In this document: in pieces, positions 47,748-56,485 of the stretch
Position numbering within the stretch: position 1 is the stretch's first letter
How the letters are laid out: every line of letters begins with the position of its first letter
IMG/VR virus record: IMGVR_UViG_3300022074_000005
Reading direction: 5' to 3' (one strand)
Length of the DNA: 64,000 bases
Source of the DNA: a virus
The notes under the pieces: model-generated
The model's input: only the letters and a program-made list of their open reading frames with translations
Database searches by the model: none
Told to the model about the DNA's origin: nothing
Position numbers and translations under genes: made by a program

Positions 47748-48576
47748 AAAGTTCTTTTGCTATCAACCTGTGTGCTTTTTCGTTAGGGTGTGTATCTTTG
47801 AATGATACTTTATAACCTGTTTCACCCATTGCTCTTTTTAAGAAACTTAAAACATTAAATCCACCAATCTCTGGTACTATCGGCCATCCCCAAAAATTAT
47901 TCTCTTTAATTAAATCACTGGTCTTATGTTCTATTAATTTTATTGCGATTGCATTATCTCTTTTATGATTGTCATTTGTAAAATGAAATGCTGGTATTGG
48001 TTTGATTGCTTGTGCAAACGTATATGGTATGTTTAGATTTTCACATATGGATTGCATTGAATATATGTAATTTAAATTAGTATCTATAAGATTATCTAAG
48101 TTTGGGTATGCATGTTTAATAGTGCCAGAAAAATTAAAAGACTTTCTATACCACAATTGTGTTTTATCATATTCATCATTCTCAGCTCTAGGTATCATAG
48201 TGTCAAATCTTTTTGTTATCTTTGTTCTACTACCATCTGCTTGAGTTATGTGATATGAATAATCATTAAGTAAAAAATCTTGTCTTGCCCATTCTGACCA
48301 CATTACATATACATGTTTTATATTATCTTTATTTTTTATTATTGCATCTAAAGTTTCATGATAGATTGCCATATTACCAAATCCACATCTAGCAGTATTA
48401 ATAACTTCACAATCATATAGTTCACCTATAACTTCTGGCCACATTTTAAAATGTAAAGGTTTTGGTTTTGCTCTACTAGGATAGTTCTTATCTGTAAAAC
48501 TACAACCACCAACTATTATTTTATCGGAATACTTTGACATTATATTTCTTTTCAAAACTTTCTGCATGAGTAACAT
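47725..48576 (-). CDS. SGNH-like hydrolase/acyltransferase
   Basis: GGCSFTD, GFGN, MWSEWARQD, DTHPNEKAH; paralog of 45946..46656. Confidence 0.7.
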   Translation of the reverse strand: MLLMQKVLKRNIMSKYSDKIIVGGCSFTDKNYPSRAKPKPLHFKMWPEVIGELYDCEVINTARCGFGNMAIYHETLDAIIKNKDNIKHVYVMWSEWARQDFLLNDYSYHITQADGSRTKITKRFDTMIPRAENDEYDKTQLWYRKSFNFSGTIKHAYPNLDNLIDTNLNYIYSMQSICENLNIPYTFAQAIKPIPAFHFTNDNHKRDNAIAIKLIEHKTSDLIKENNFWGWPIVPEIGGFNVLSFLKRAMGETGYKVSFKDTHPNEKAHRLIAKELYDYSIQK

Positions 48577-49852
48577 TATTAACTATAGGTTTACCTCTTA
48601 TGTTTAAGGATGTATTTAATAACATAGGACAACCTGTTTGACTATACCACTCTTCTAGTATAGGTCTTAATATACTTATATTATCTTTCTCAACACATTG
48701 AACTCTAGCGGTACCGTCAACGTGTGTGACTGATTTATAATCGTGTCTTGCTTTAGATACAAACTGCATATACCTATTCTTTCTACCAACAAAGTAATCA
48801 TCAAAGTATTCTTCCAATATTGCTGGTGCGAAAGGTCTAAACTTTTGTCTTTGTTTAACTTCATTTACTGTATCTTTAATATCTAGTCTAGGGTCTGCTA
48901 ATAAACTTCTATTACCTAATGCTCTTGGTCCAAACTCTGCTCTTCCGTTTGCAACTCCACAAAGTTTATGTTCTAGTAAATGTTTTACGATTTCTTTAGG
49001 GTTTAATTCTTTTATTATATTGTGACCTAAGTATGGGTGTCGCCATCTTATTTTTTTCTTTTCTATCAAAGCAGCTGCACCTAGACTTGAACCTGCATCA
49101 CCAGGTGATGGCATAATCCAAACATTAAAACGATCTGGTATCTTACTATTTGCAACACAATTTAAAGCACAACCACCCATGATTACTATGTTATTATAGT
49201 CACAATATTTTAATAGTTCTAAAAACTTTGTTTCATATAAATTTTGTACACTAGCTGCTAAATCATTAGGGTGTGCTCGTGGAAATATTTTACCAACACC
49301 TCTATGATTATTTTTATGTAATAGATATTCTAAATCATACTTTGGTTCTCCAAATGCAGCCATACCCATTGTGATATATTCATCTTCATTTGGTTTTAAT
49401 CCTATTCTTCTTGTAATCGCTGAATACAATAATCCTAGTGAATATGGATAGTTCCATGTTTTTAATTTTGTTAACTTATCATCTTTACCTTCCCATATTG
49501 ATATTGTATTCCATTCACCTATTGCGTCTATGACCAAAACATTACATTCGTTAAATGGTGAAGTATAATAACCTGCAGCTGCATGGGTTTCATGATGACC
49601 AAAGTAATAGTCATATTTTCTATCAGGCCATTTCATTCTTTGACCTGCAAACAATCTTCTTGTATTTTTTAAAAATGGTTTTTCATAAAACGCAGTATTA
49701 TCATAATGTAAAGGTAAAAGGTTAGGATTAAAGTTAGGGTCTCCTTTTATCTTTGAGTATCTTTCACAATGATTAGCATAAATTATTTCTCTTCCATTAA
49801 TTACTGTAATAGCTGCATCATGAAATCCTGCTGATATTCCTACATTAATCAT
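48521..49852 (-). CDS. O-carbamoyltransferase (NodU/CmcH/TobZ family)
   Basis: HDAA, HHETHAA, DAIGE, GGCALNC, GDAG, EFGPRALGNRS, FRPFAP, HVDGTAR, LNTSLN. Confidence 0.93.
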   Translation of the reverse strand: MINVGISAGFHDAAITVINGREIIYANHCERYSKIKGDPNFNPNLLPLHYDNTAFYEKPFLKNTRRLFAGQRMKWPDRKYDYYFGHHETHAAAGYYTSPFNECNVLVIDAIGEWNTISIWEGKDDKLTKLKTWNYPYSLGLLYSAITRRIGLKPNEDEYITMGMAAFGEPKYDLEYLLHKNNHRGVGKIFPRAHPNDLAASVQNLYETKFLELLKYCDYNNIVIMGGCALNCVANSKIPDRFNVWIMPSPGDAGSSLGAAALIEKKKIRWRHPYLGHNIIKELNPKEIVKHLLEHKLCGVANGRAEFGPRALGNRSLLADPRLDIKDTVNEVKQRQKFRPFAPAILEEYFDDYFVGRKNRYMQFVSKARHDYKSVTHVDGTARVQCVEKDNISILRPILEEWYSQTGCPMLLNTSLNIRGKPIVNNVTHAESFEKKYNVKVFR

Positions 49853-50127
49853 TTGTTTACCTTACAATTAAACTGACATATATCTATTGGGTCTTCAAAA
49901 CTTTTTGGTAAATCTTTTTGAAACCAATCTTTGTGTGTAATATTTTTTATACTATCATTTTCTAAATTATATCTATCTTTGTTATCATGATACTTTGTCA
50001 ATAGTTGATGTTTTGCTTTATTTGGTTTACCATATTGATCACTAGCAAGATAACAACAAGGCCAAACTTGACCATCTGGGTTTATCATAGTTTTAGTTGT
50101 GCCTTCCAAAAATTTACACTTTATCAT
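49849..50127 (-). CDS. Stand-alone SPASM/Twitch Fe-S domain
   Basis: C...INPDGQVWPCC...C..NC. Confidence 0.75.
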   Translation of the reverse strand: MIKCKFLEGTTKTMINPDGQVWPCCYLASDQYGKPNKAKHQLLTKYHDNKDRYNLENDSIKNITHKDWFQKDLPKSFEDPIDICQFNCKVNK

Positions 50128-50860
50128 CTGCAGCCTCTAGATATTCCTCTTCACCCTTTTCATTAATAAAATAAAATCTATTAGATTTATTATGATTAAA
50201 TATATGAGTAGGATTTGAATTAGGGATAGAATTTTCAAATCTATCACTAGGATAAAACTCATGATTTGCTGAACCATATTTTTTTACTAAATCTAATATA
50301 TCTTTTTTATATTCTTGATTGTGTTTAAATAATATTGTTTGAGATAATGCTTTTCCTTGAGTTTGTGAAAACATATACATATGATCTAAAGATTTTTTTA
50401 ATGATGTGCCTCTTCTATACTTTTGATGCATTTCCTCTGTGGTGCCATCTATATCAAATATAATAGTAAGTCTCTCCCCACAATAAACACCTAAGTTCCA
50501 ATAAAACTCTTCATTACGTAAACTACCATTTGTTGTTATTAGTACATTTGCTTTTGAATTATCAATAATATAGTGACATATTTTTTCTATGTCTTTTGCC
50601 ATCATTGAGTCTCCCCAAGTGCTAGTAAACCCATACTCTTCTATATCATCTAAAGTTTCTTTTGGAAAATATTTTATAAATTTTTCTACTGGCCAAGATA
50701 TAATTGGTAACCAATCAACAGCACCTAAACCATTTGGATTAGTTCTATCACATTGAGGACACCTAGCATTACAACGATTAGTTATCGCAATGTCAATTCT
50801 TTTTGATAAACTTTGACCTAAGTCTATCATCTCTTGAGGATGTTGTAAAAAGTTTGGCAT
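50114..50860 (-). CDS. Radical SAM protein
   Basis: CNARCPQC, TTNGS, DIDG...YRRG. Confidence 0.85.
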   Translation of the reverse strand: MPNFLQHPQEMIDLGQSLSKRIDIAITNRCNARCPQCDRTNPNGLGAVDWLPIISWPVEKFIKYFPKETLDDIEEYGFTSTWGDSMMAKDIEKICHYIIDNSKANVLITTNGSLRNEEFYWNLGVYCGERLTIIFDIDGTTEEMHQKYRRGTSLKKSLDHMYMFSQTQGKALSQTILFKHNQEYKKDILDLVKKYGSANHEFYPSDRFENSIPNSNPTHIFNHNKSNRFYFINEKGEEEYLEAADDKV

Positions 50861-51000
50861 TATTCATCTTTAAAGTCATTATCAAAATCATCATTTTCAT
50901 AAATGAAAACATCTTGATCTTTCTCTTTCTTTTTAAAATAAGATAAAAATGTTGACCAATATAGTCTAAGATATAACTTCCATTGTTTTATTGTTCTCAT
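50860..51000 (-). CDS. Small protein (46 aa) with D.FIY motif
   Basis: Manual translation MRTIKQWKLYLRLYWSTFLSYFKKKEKDQDVFIYENDDFDNDFKDE; 1-nt overlaps on both sides. Confidence 0.6.
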   Translation of the reverse strand: MRTIKQWKLYLRLYWSTFLSYFKKKEKDQDVFIYENDDFDNDFKDE

Positions 51001-52721
51001 TATGCTATCCTTGAAAAGTTTTGTTGTTTTTCAAATTTAATACTGTTTCTAAACTTATCTACTAACTGATCTCCTTTGTGAGATATTACAAAAGTATTTT
51101 CATCGCCAAGAGTATTTAATATTCTTAAAAACTCATCTGTACCTTGACCATCTAAACTACTATCAAATATTTCATCTAGTATTAATAAGTTTGTGTTAAC
51201 ACTATTTTTCATTTTTGCTATTGCTCTCCATGTAAAGAGTAGCGCTAAATCGATACGCATTTTTTCACCTTCACTAAAAGAGGCATAATTAAACGTATCT
51301 CTAAATCTAGATTTAATTGTTTCATTAAAGTTTTCATCTAGATTAAAGTTTACGTAAAAATCCATTGACATAAGATATTTGTTAATTAATTGATTCATGA
51401 TAGGTAAATATTGTTTTATAATTTTAGTTTTAATACCTGTATCATTCAACATATCTCTAGCTGCAAGTATGTAAGTTTTTTGATCTTTTAAATTACTTCT
51501 TTGATACTCAACTTTTTTGCAATCTGTTTTCATCTGATTTAATTTATCTATATCTTTTTCAGATACAGAACCACTTTCAAAATTTTCTATATCTTCTTTT
51601 AGTTTTCTATTATATTTTTGTAACTCTGCAACAGAACTATAAATCTCTGCTTGTCTTACTTCATTCTCACGTATGGTTTTTGTTATACCAGTTATTTCCT
51701 CTAAACGTTTATTGACAGTTAATAATTCTTCTTTTAATTTTATTGCACCATCAAGTATTTCTCTTGTTTTGATTTCTCTGTCTGCAATCATTTTTTCTTT
51801 GTGTGATTGTTGTATGTCTTGTTCACATGTAGGACACGAATCATTGTTCTTAAAAAACTCCATATCTTTTGCTAGTTGTTTATGTTTTTCTGTTAACGTA
51901 GCACGTATATTATTAAGTTTAGATAATTTGCTCTCTGTATGTGTCTTATCATTGATTTCACCTGTCAGATCATCGCTAGCAGTCTCTAAAAGGGCCTTTT
52001 CTTTCTCTCTATCTGTTAGTATAGTTTGATTAGATTGAAATAAGTCTTGTTTCTCTTTTATGATTTTATCTTTGTTCTTTTTCATATCATCAATATAATT
52101 TGTTTGCATAGCAATTTTTTCTACTGCCATCTCAAACTGATAATCCATATCTTTGATATCGTCTTGTATGTCTTTCAATTGATTTTTCAATACCATATTC
52201 ATCAATGAAAATATTTTTATATCAAGTATCTCTTCAACTACTTCTCTTCTATGAACTGCCTTTAGTTGCATGAAAGGTATAAAGGTTGATGAACCTAATA
52301 TTACAACTTGAGTAAAAGACCTAAAGTTTAATCTTAGTACAGTTTGTTCTAAATACTTTTGATAATCTCTAGCATTTGCCTCTTGATTTACCATAATACC
52401 ATCACACCAAATTTCAAACTTGTTTGGTTTAATACCTCTAACTATTTTCCATTCTTTAGTTCCAATATTAAACTCTACTTCAACAACTGTTTCTCTATCA
52501 TTAATAGTATTAACTAATTGTGATTTACTAATTACTCTAAATGGTTTTCCAAATAAACTAAAACACAATGCATCAAGTATTGTTGATTTACCTGAACCAT
52601 TTTCACCTATGATTAGTGTTGTTGTTTGTCTATCTAATTGTACCTCTGTAAAATTATTACCAGTAGATAAAAAGTTTTTCCAACGTACTTTTGTAAAGTG
52701 TATCATGCTAACCAATTCCAA
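51000..52721 (-). CDS. gp46: Recombination exonuclease ATPase subunit (gp46, Rad50-like)
   Basis: GENGSGKS, CPTC hook, FSEGEK, LDEIFD, ISH. Confidence 0.97.
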   Translation of the reverse strand: MELVSMIHFTKVRWKNFLSTGNNFTEVQLDRQTTTLIIGENGSGKSTILDALCFSLFGKPFRVISKSQLVNTINDRETVVEVEFNIGTKEWKIVRGIKPNKFEIWCDGIMVNQEANARDYQKYLEQTVLRLNFRSFTQVVILGSSTFIPFMQLKAVHRREVVEEILDIKIFSLMNMVLKNQLKDIQDDIKDMDYQFEMAVEKIAMQTNYIDDMKKNKDKIIKEKQDLFQSNQTILTDREKEKALLETASDDLTGEINDKTHTESKLSKLNNIRATLTEKHKQLAKDMEFFKNNDSCPTCEQDIQQSHKEKMIADREIKTREILDGAIKLKEELLTVNKRLEEITGITKTIRENEVRQAEIYSSVAELQKYNRKLKEDIENFESGSVSEKDIDKLNQMKTDCKKVEYQRSNLKDQKTYILAARDMLNDTGIKTKIIKQYLPIMNQLINKYLMSMDFYVNFNLDENFNETIKSRFRDTFNYASFSEGEKMRIDLALLFTWRAIAKMKNSVNTNLLILDEIFDSSLDGQGTDEFLRILNTLGDENTFVISHKGDQLVDKFRNSIKFEKQQNFSRIA

Positions 52722-52948
52722 ACTGCTCTTAATGACAAGAGCAAATACATACCTTCCATTAATGCTCTAGGTATGTCTTTATCTTTTATTGCAAATCTAA
52801 TCCACATGCCACAAGATACACATGCTATCGCCCAACCCATCCATTGTGTATCAACATCTGCATTACTTAAAACAAAACAACCAGTCATTGCGATTAAAAA
52901 TCCTAACCAACGTCCAGCATTCAAATCTTTATAATATCTTATTTTCAT
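52703..52948 (-). CDS. Small membrane protein
   Basis: Three hydrophobic segments. Confidence 0.6.
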   Translation of the reverse strand: MKIRYYKDLNAGRWLGFLIAMTGCFVLSNADVDTQWMGWAIACVSCGMWIRFAIKDKDIPRALMEGMYLLLSLRAVWNWLA

Positions 52949-53484
52949 AATTCATTGCCCCAACTATCCCAACCTTTTCGTTCTCTTCTTGCAAATAACT
53001 CAACATAAGGACCATCTAATAATTGTTCTATCCTATCATATACTTCATCTGGCTTTCTACTATGTTCTTGTCTTTGGCTTATAATTAATTGTCTAACTGC
53101 TTTAGATAATCTTTTAGGTTTTCCTTTTGTTGCAAGTAAACACATCTCTGGGTTTGATCTAGTCCAATAACCTAAACCTGTAAACATACCTAAATCATTT
53201 TTGTTTTGCTTTGCCCAGGTAAATCCTACTGTTTTATATTTGAAACCCCACGCTTTAATAACTTCCAAAGCTTCTGGTAACATAGGGTCAACGCACCACA
53301 TGAGTAAGACGCAATCATCTGCAGCCAAATCAGAAACACGTAAATTACAAATGTCAGAAATAGACATGCAAGAATAATGTTGGTTAGCATTACGGCCGTC
53401 ACCTTTTGGACTATATGATTTAAAGTGCCAAGGGGGGTCTGCATATATTACCTTATAGTTAGATTTCCAAGTCTTGAGCTTCAT
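52945..53484 (-). CDS. MT-A70-family adenine methyltransferase
   Basis: YADPPW, AWGFKYK, WAK, E.CLLATKG, HSRKPD, ELFAR, GWDSWGNE. Confidence 0.9.
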   Translation of the reverse strand: MKLKTWKSNYKVIYADPPWHFKSYSPKGDGRNANQHYSCMSISDICNLRVSDLAADDCVLLMWCVDPMLPEALEVIKAWGFKYKTVGFTWAKQNKNDLGMFTGLGYWTRSNPEMCLLATKGKPKRLSKAVRQLIISQRQEHSRKPDEVYDRIEQLLDGPYVELFARRERKGWDSWGNEL

Positions 53485-54520
53485 TATATAATCCTCGCAT
53501 AATACCTTTTAATCTATCTTTATCTAATTCTATATCTAGCTCATCGATATATTTGTTTAGTAAAGTTGTTGTATCTTCAGCATATTGTACTATATCATCT
53601 GATACACTATCAGCTTGCATATCAGAAAAGTCTTCTATTATTTTTACTTCATAAGCATTTGCTTTCATTAATCTATCAACAAATCTATCATATTGATATA
53701 AATCTTTTTTATTGACAACAATTAACTTAACAAATTTTTTAGCATATTTTGATACATCTTCATTTGCATAACTTTTGTCTGCATCATCATAATAAATTTT
53801 TTCATATATCCTTAGAGGATTTACTATTCTTTCTAGTTCTAAAGTTTCTGTATCAAATATGTGAAATCCTTTTGTATCATTAAAGTCATTCCAATATATC
53901 TCATACGGTGCTCCTAGATAGTATATTTGACCATCATCGTTCTTTGTATGAAAGTGACCAGAGAATACTGTATCAAACTTTCTAAATATTTCTTTTTCAT
54001 AACCATTTTCATTTACTTGACCTTTGTGCATTTGAAAACCTTTTATTTCTAAATGCCCCATAGCAATCCTTGCTTTTGTTTCATCAATCATTCCCATAGA
54101 GTAAATATAATTTTGTGGATTAATCCATGGCAAAAATAAAATATCTAATCCACCAATATTAACGTCAGTTGCATCTTCATATAAATGAAACTTATTACTT
54201 TTGTCACCAATTAATTCTTTTAATGAGTTTACATCATTTGTATTCTTGTAATAGATATCATGATTACCAACTAAACAATGAAAGTCAATTTTTAAATGTT
54301 GTAAAGGAAATACAAATCTTTCTCTAAATTCTTTTGCAGTTTTAAAAGAAACATACTTACGTCTATCCATTAAGTCACCTAAATGAAAAACTGTTTTAAT
54401 ATTATGTTGTTCTAGATAAGGAAAAAAAATGCCTTCATAAAACTCATAAAAATAATCACTAAAGAATTGACTATCGTTTCTTGCACCGAAGTGCGTATCA
54501 TTTATTATTGCTACTTTCAT
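53459..54520 (-). CDS. gp47: Recombination exonuclease nuclease subunit (gp47, Mre11-like)
   Basis: DTHFG, GDLMD, GNHD, GHFH. Confidence 0.96.
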   Translation of the reverse strand: MKVAIINDTHFGARNDSQFFSDYFYEFYEGIFFPYLEQHNIKTVFHLGDLMDRRKYVSFKTAKEFRERFVFPLQHLKIDFHCLVGNHDIYYKNTNDVNSLKELIGDKSNKFHLYEDATDVNIGGLDILFLPWINPQNYIYSMGMIDETKARIAMGHLEIKGFQMHKGQVNENGYEKEIFRKFDTVFSGHFHTKNDDGQIYYLGAPYEIYWNDFNDTKGFHIFDTETLELERIVNPLRIYEKIYYDDADKSYANEDVSKYAKKFVKLIVVNKKDLYQYDRFVDRLMKANAYEVKIIEDFSDMQADSVSDDIVQYAEDTTTLLNKYIDELDIELDKDRLKGIMRGLYNEAQDLEI

Positions 54521-55182
54521 TAGGTAATGATATCTGTATTTGGTTTAATTAAACCCGTTTTCTTTTCTTCTATATCTCGTTTAATTTTCTTAGCAAGTTG
54601 AACTGTTTTAGGTGCTTTTAATTTTTCTTGTTTGTATATCTTTTGCACTTTCTTTTTTGCCATATCTAATTTTAGTTTAGATACAAGTTTTGTAAAGTCT
54701 GTACCATTCATGTGATCAAACTCATGTTGAAAAACTCTTGATGGCATATGATCAAATTCTTCTACGTGTTCTATACCTTCATTGTCTTCGTACTTAACTT
54801 TACATCCTCTAGGTCTTTTTATTTTTAAAAATAGTAAGGGATATGTTAAACAACCTTCCATTAGTTCTATATCTTCATCGCTAGTTTCTAATATCTCTGG
54901 GTTCCAACATGCCCACGCTTTACCCTCTGCCATATCTTTATGACCACCCATAATAAAAACTCTATATGGTAATCCTACTTGATTTGCTGATAATCCAATA
55001 CCACCAAACTGTTTCATTGCAACAAATAAATCTTCAGCTACTTTAGTTCTAGTAAATCCCTCTGGTAACATTTTATCTTCGAATAGAGGTAAAGGTTTGT
55101 TTAATATTTCTGCTTCTGGTGATATGAGTTTAAAATCTGCTTTCAAGTTATTAGTCATTGTCATCTTCCATAAATTTTTCAA
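54520..55182 (-). CDS. def: Peptide deformylase
   Basis: GIGLSANQ, EGCL, QHEFDH. Confidence 0.93.
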   Translation of the reverse strand: MKNLWKMTMTNNLKADFKLISPEAEILNKPLPLFEDKMLPEGFTRTKVAEDLFVAMKQFGGIGLSANQVGLPYRVFIMGGHKDMAEGKAWACWNPEILETSDEDIELMEGCLTYPLLFLKIKRPRGCKVKYEDNEGIEHVEEFDHMPSRVFQHEFDHMNGTDFTKLVSKLKLDMAKKKVQKIYKQEKLKAPKTVQLAKKIKRDIEEKKTGLIKPNTDIIT

Positions 55183-55690
55183 GTCCTTTAGTATTTCTTT
55201 TTTTCTCTTTTGTTTTATACACAGGTTGATCTGGTACCATAACTAGAGGATTGAATTGACCATTAAACGTATATGTGTTTGGGTCGTTTGGCAATTGATT
55301 ATGTGTTTTATATTCGCCACCGTCAATCATTTTATGTTTAATGTGTTGTTGTTTTTTTTCTTTTTGTATTCTACGTATGAACGCATAATATATTATTTGT
55401 GTAAAATAAGCAAATGGATTTTTTGATTTAGCTGGATTAAAGTTGTAGATGTATTGTAAACAGTTTTCTATACCATCAGATATCATTTCATCTTTGTAAG
55501 TATAGTTAATAAAGTTTGGTCTATTAGATAAACCATTTGCAATCTTTAAAATACATTCACCAACATATTCTGGTACTTTAGGTTTGTCTTCACCTGACTC
55601 TTCAGCTTCTTTACAATTGTCTCTAAATTCTATCATTGCAGCTAGCAATTCTTTATTACTAACATAATGAGCAGGTTTTTTCTTTGGCAT
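55151..55690 (-). CDS. gp55: Late sigma factor gp55
   Basis: HYVSNKE, PNFINYTYKDEMISDGIENC, NPFAYFTQI. Confidence 0.96.
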   Translation of the reverse strand: MPKKKPAHYVSNKELLAAMIEFRDNCKEAEESGEDKPKVPEYVGECILKIANGLSNRPNFINYTYKDEMISDGIENCLQYIYNFNPAKSKNPFAYFTQIIYYAFIRRIQKEKKQQHIKHKMIDGGEYKTHNQLPNDPNTYTFNGQFNPLVMVPDQPVYKTKEKKRNTKGLEKFMEDDND

Positions 55691-55704
55691 GTTATATCTT
55701 TCAA

Positions 55705-55730
55705 AGTATAGGGGATTGCTCCCCTACACT
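55705..55730 (-). terminator. GNRA-loop hairpin upstream of gp55
   Basis: Minus strand taggggA-GCAA-Tccccta, weak U-tract. Confidence 0.5.
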
Positions 55731-55747
55731 ATTAAATTAAAAAATTA

Positions 55748-55996
55748 TTAATCTTCGTCTTCATCTTCTTTATCTTCGTCCTCGTCTTCATCTTCTTCTG
55801 GTTCTATTTCAAGTACGTCTTCGATAGCGATAAGTCTTTCGTCAATTGCTTCTATTTTCTTTTCAAATTCTTCATGATCTGATTCATGGTCGTCATCGCC
55901 TTCTGGCATTTTTTCTTCAAGTTTTTCAATTCTTTCTTCAAGGTCTTCAATCTTATTTTTTTTAACATCATTATCTTCGTCTTTATTACCGAACAT
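55748..55996 (-). CDS. Highly acidic small protein
   Basis: About half of residues are D/E; GGAG RBS. Confidence 0.7.
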   Translation of the reverse strand: MFGNKDEDNDVKKNKIEDLEERIEKLEEKMPEGDDDHESDHEEFEKKIEAIDERLIAIEDVLEIEPEEDEDEDEDKEDEDED

Positions 55997-56068
55997 AAGA
56001 GTCTCCTATATTTTTAAATGGTTATAGCGAAATTGTCAAGAAAAAAGTGAGCTTTCTTGAATCAAAAC

Positions 56069-56485
56069 TTAGTGTATCGTTTTATCGCCATGATCTTCAT
56101 CGTCAATATAGTCTTCCAAGTTTTCTTTTACATCATCGTATTTGGATTGATGATAACTATCTACGAGTTTTTGATGTGACTCGCCTGTCATAAATCCACC
56201 ACGTTCTTCAGCAATATGTAATTGCTTTTCATAAAACGTACTTAAACCTGTTGATGTTTTTGCACAATAGAGTATGTGATTATTTTTTACCTCTACAGTA
56301 TCCTCGTCTGTATATGGTCTAACCCATCTTATTAATGCTAAAGATTCTACAATACCTGATTCAACAAATCTTGGTATAGTATGAACCTTTAAAGGATTCT
56401 TTACCGAAGTGTGAGTATCGGTTTCTTTTGTGACTTGACAAACAATCTCCTCGCCAGTCGTTAATTTTAGTATGTGATATCTCAT
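56069..56485 (-). CDS. Conserved hypothetical protein downstream of uvsW (Sm-like)
   Basis: ILKLTTGEEIV...NPL...W; syntenic position. Confidence 0.65.
   Translation of the reverse strand: MRYHILKLTTGEEIVCQVTKETDTHTSVKNPLKVHTIPRFVESGIVESLALIRWVRPYTDEDTVEVKNNHILYCAKTSTGLSTFYEKQLHIAEERGGFMTGESHQKLVDSYHQSKYDDVKENLEDYIDDEDHGDKTIH

Noticed and set aside
34524-51000. Saxitoxin-like cluster (amidinotransferase, carbamoyltransferase, GDSL)
   Set aside because: No SxtA-like PKS or other core genes; these families are common in glycan tailoring
56011-56039. Sigma70 promoter upstream of the acidic protein
   Set aside because: TTGACA is present but the -10 (TAAAAA) is weak, so it is not listed as a feature
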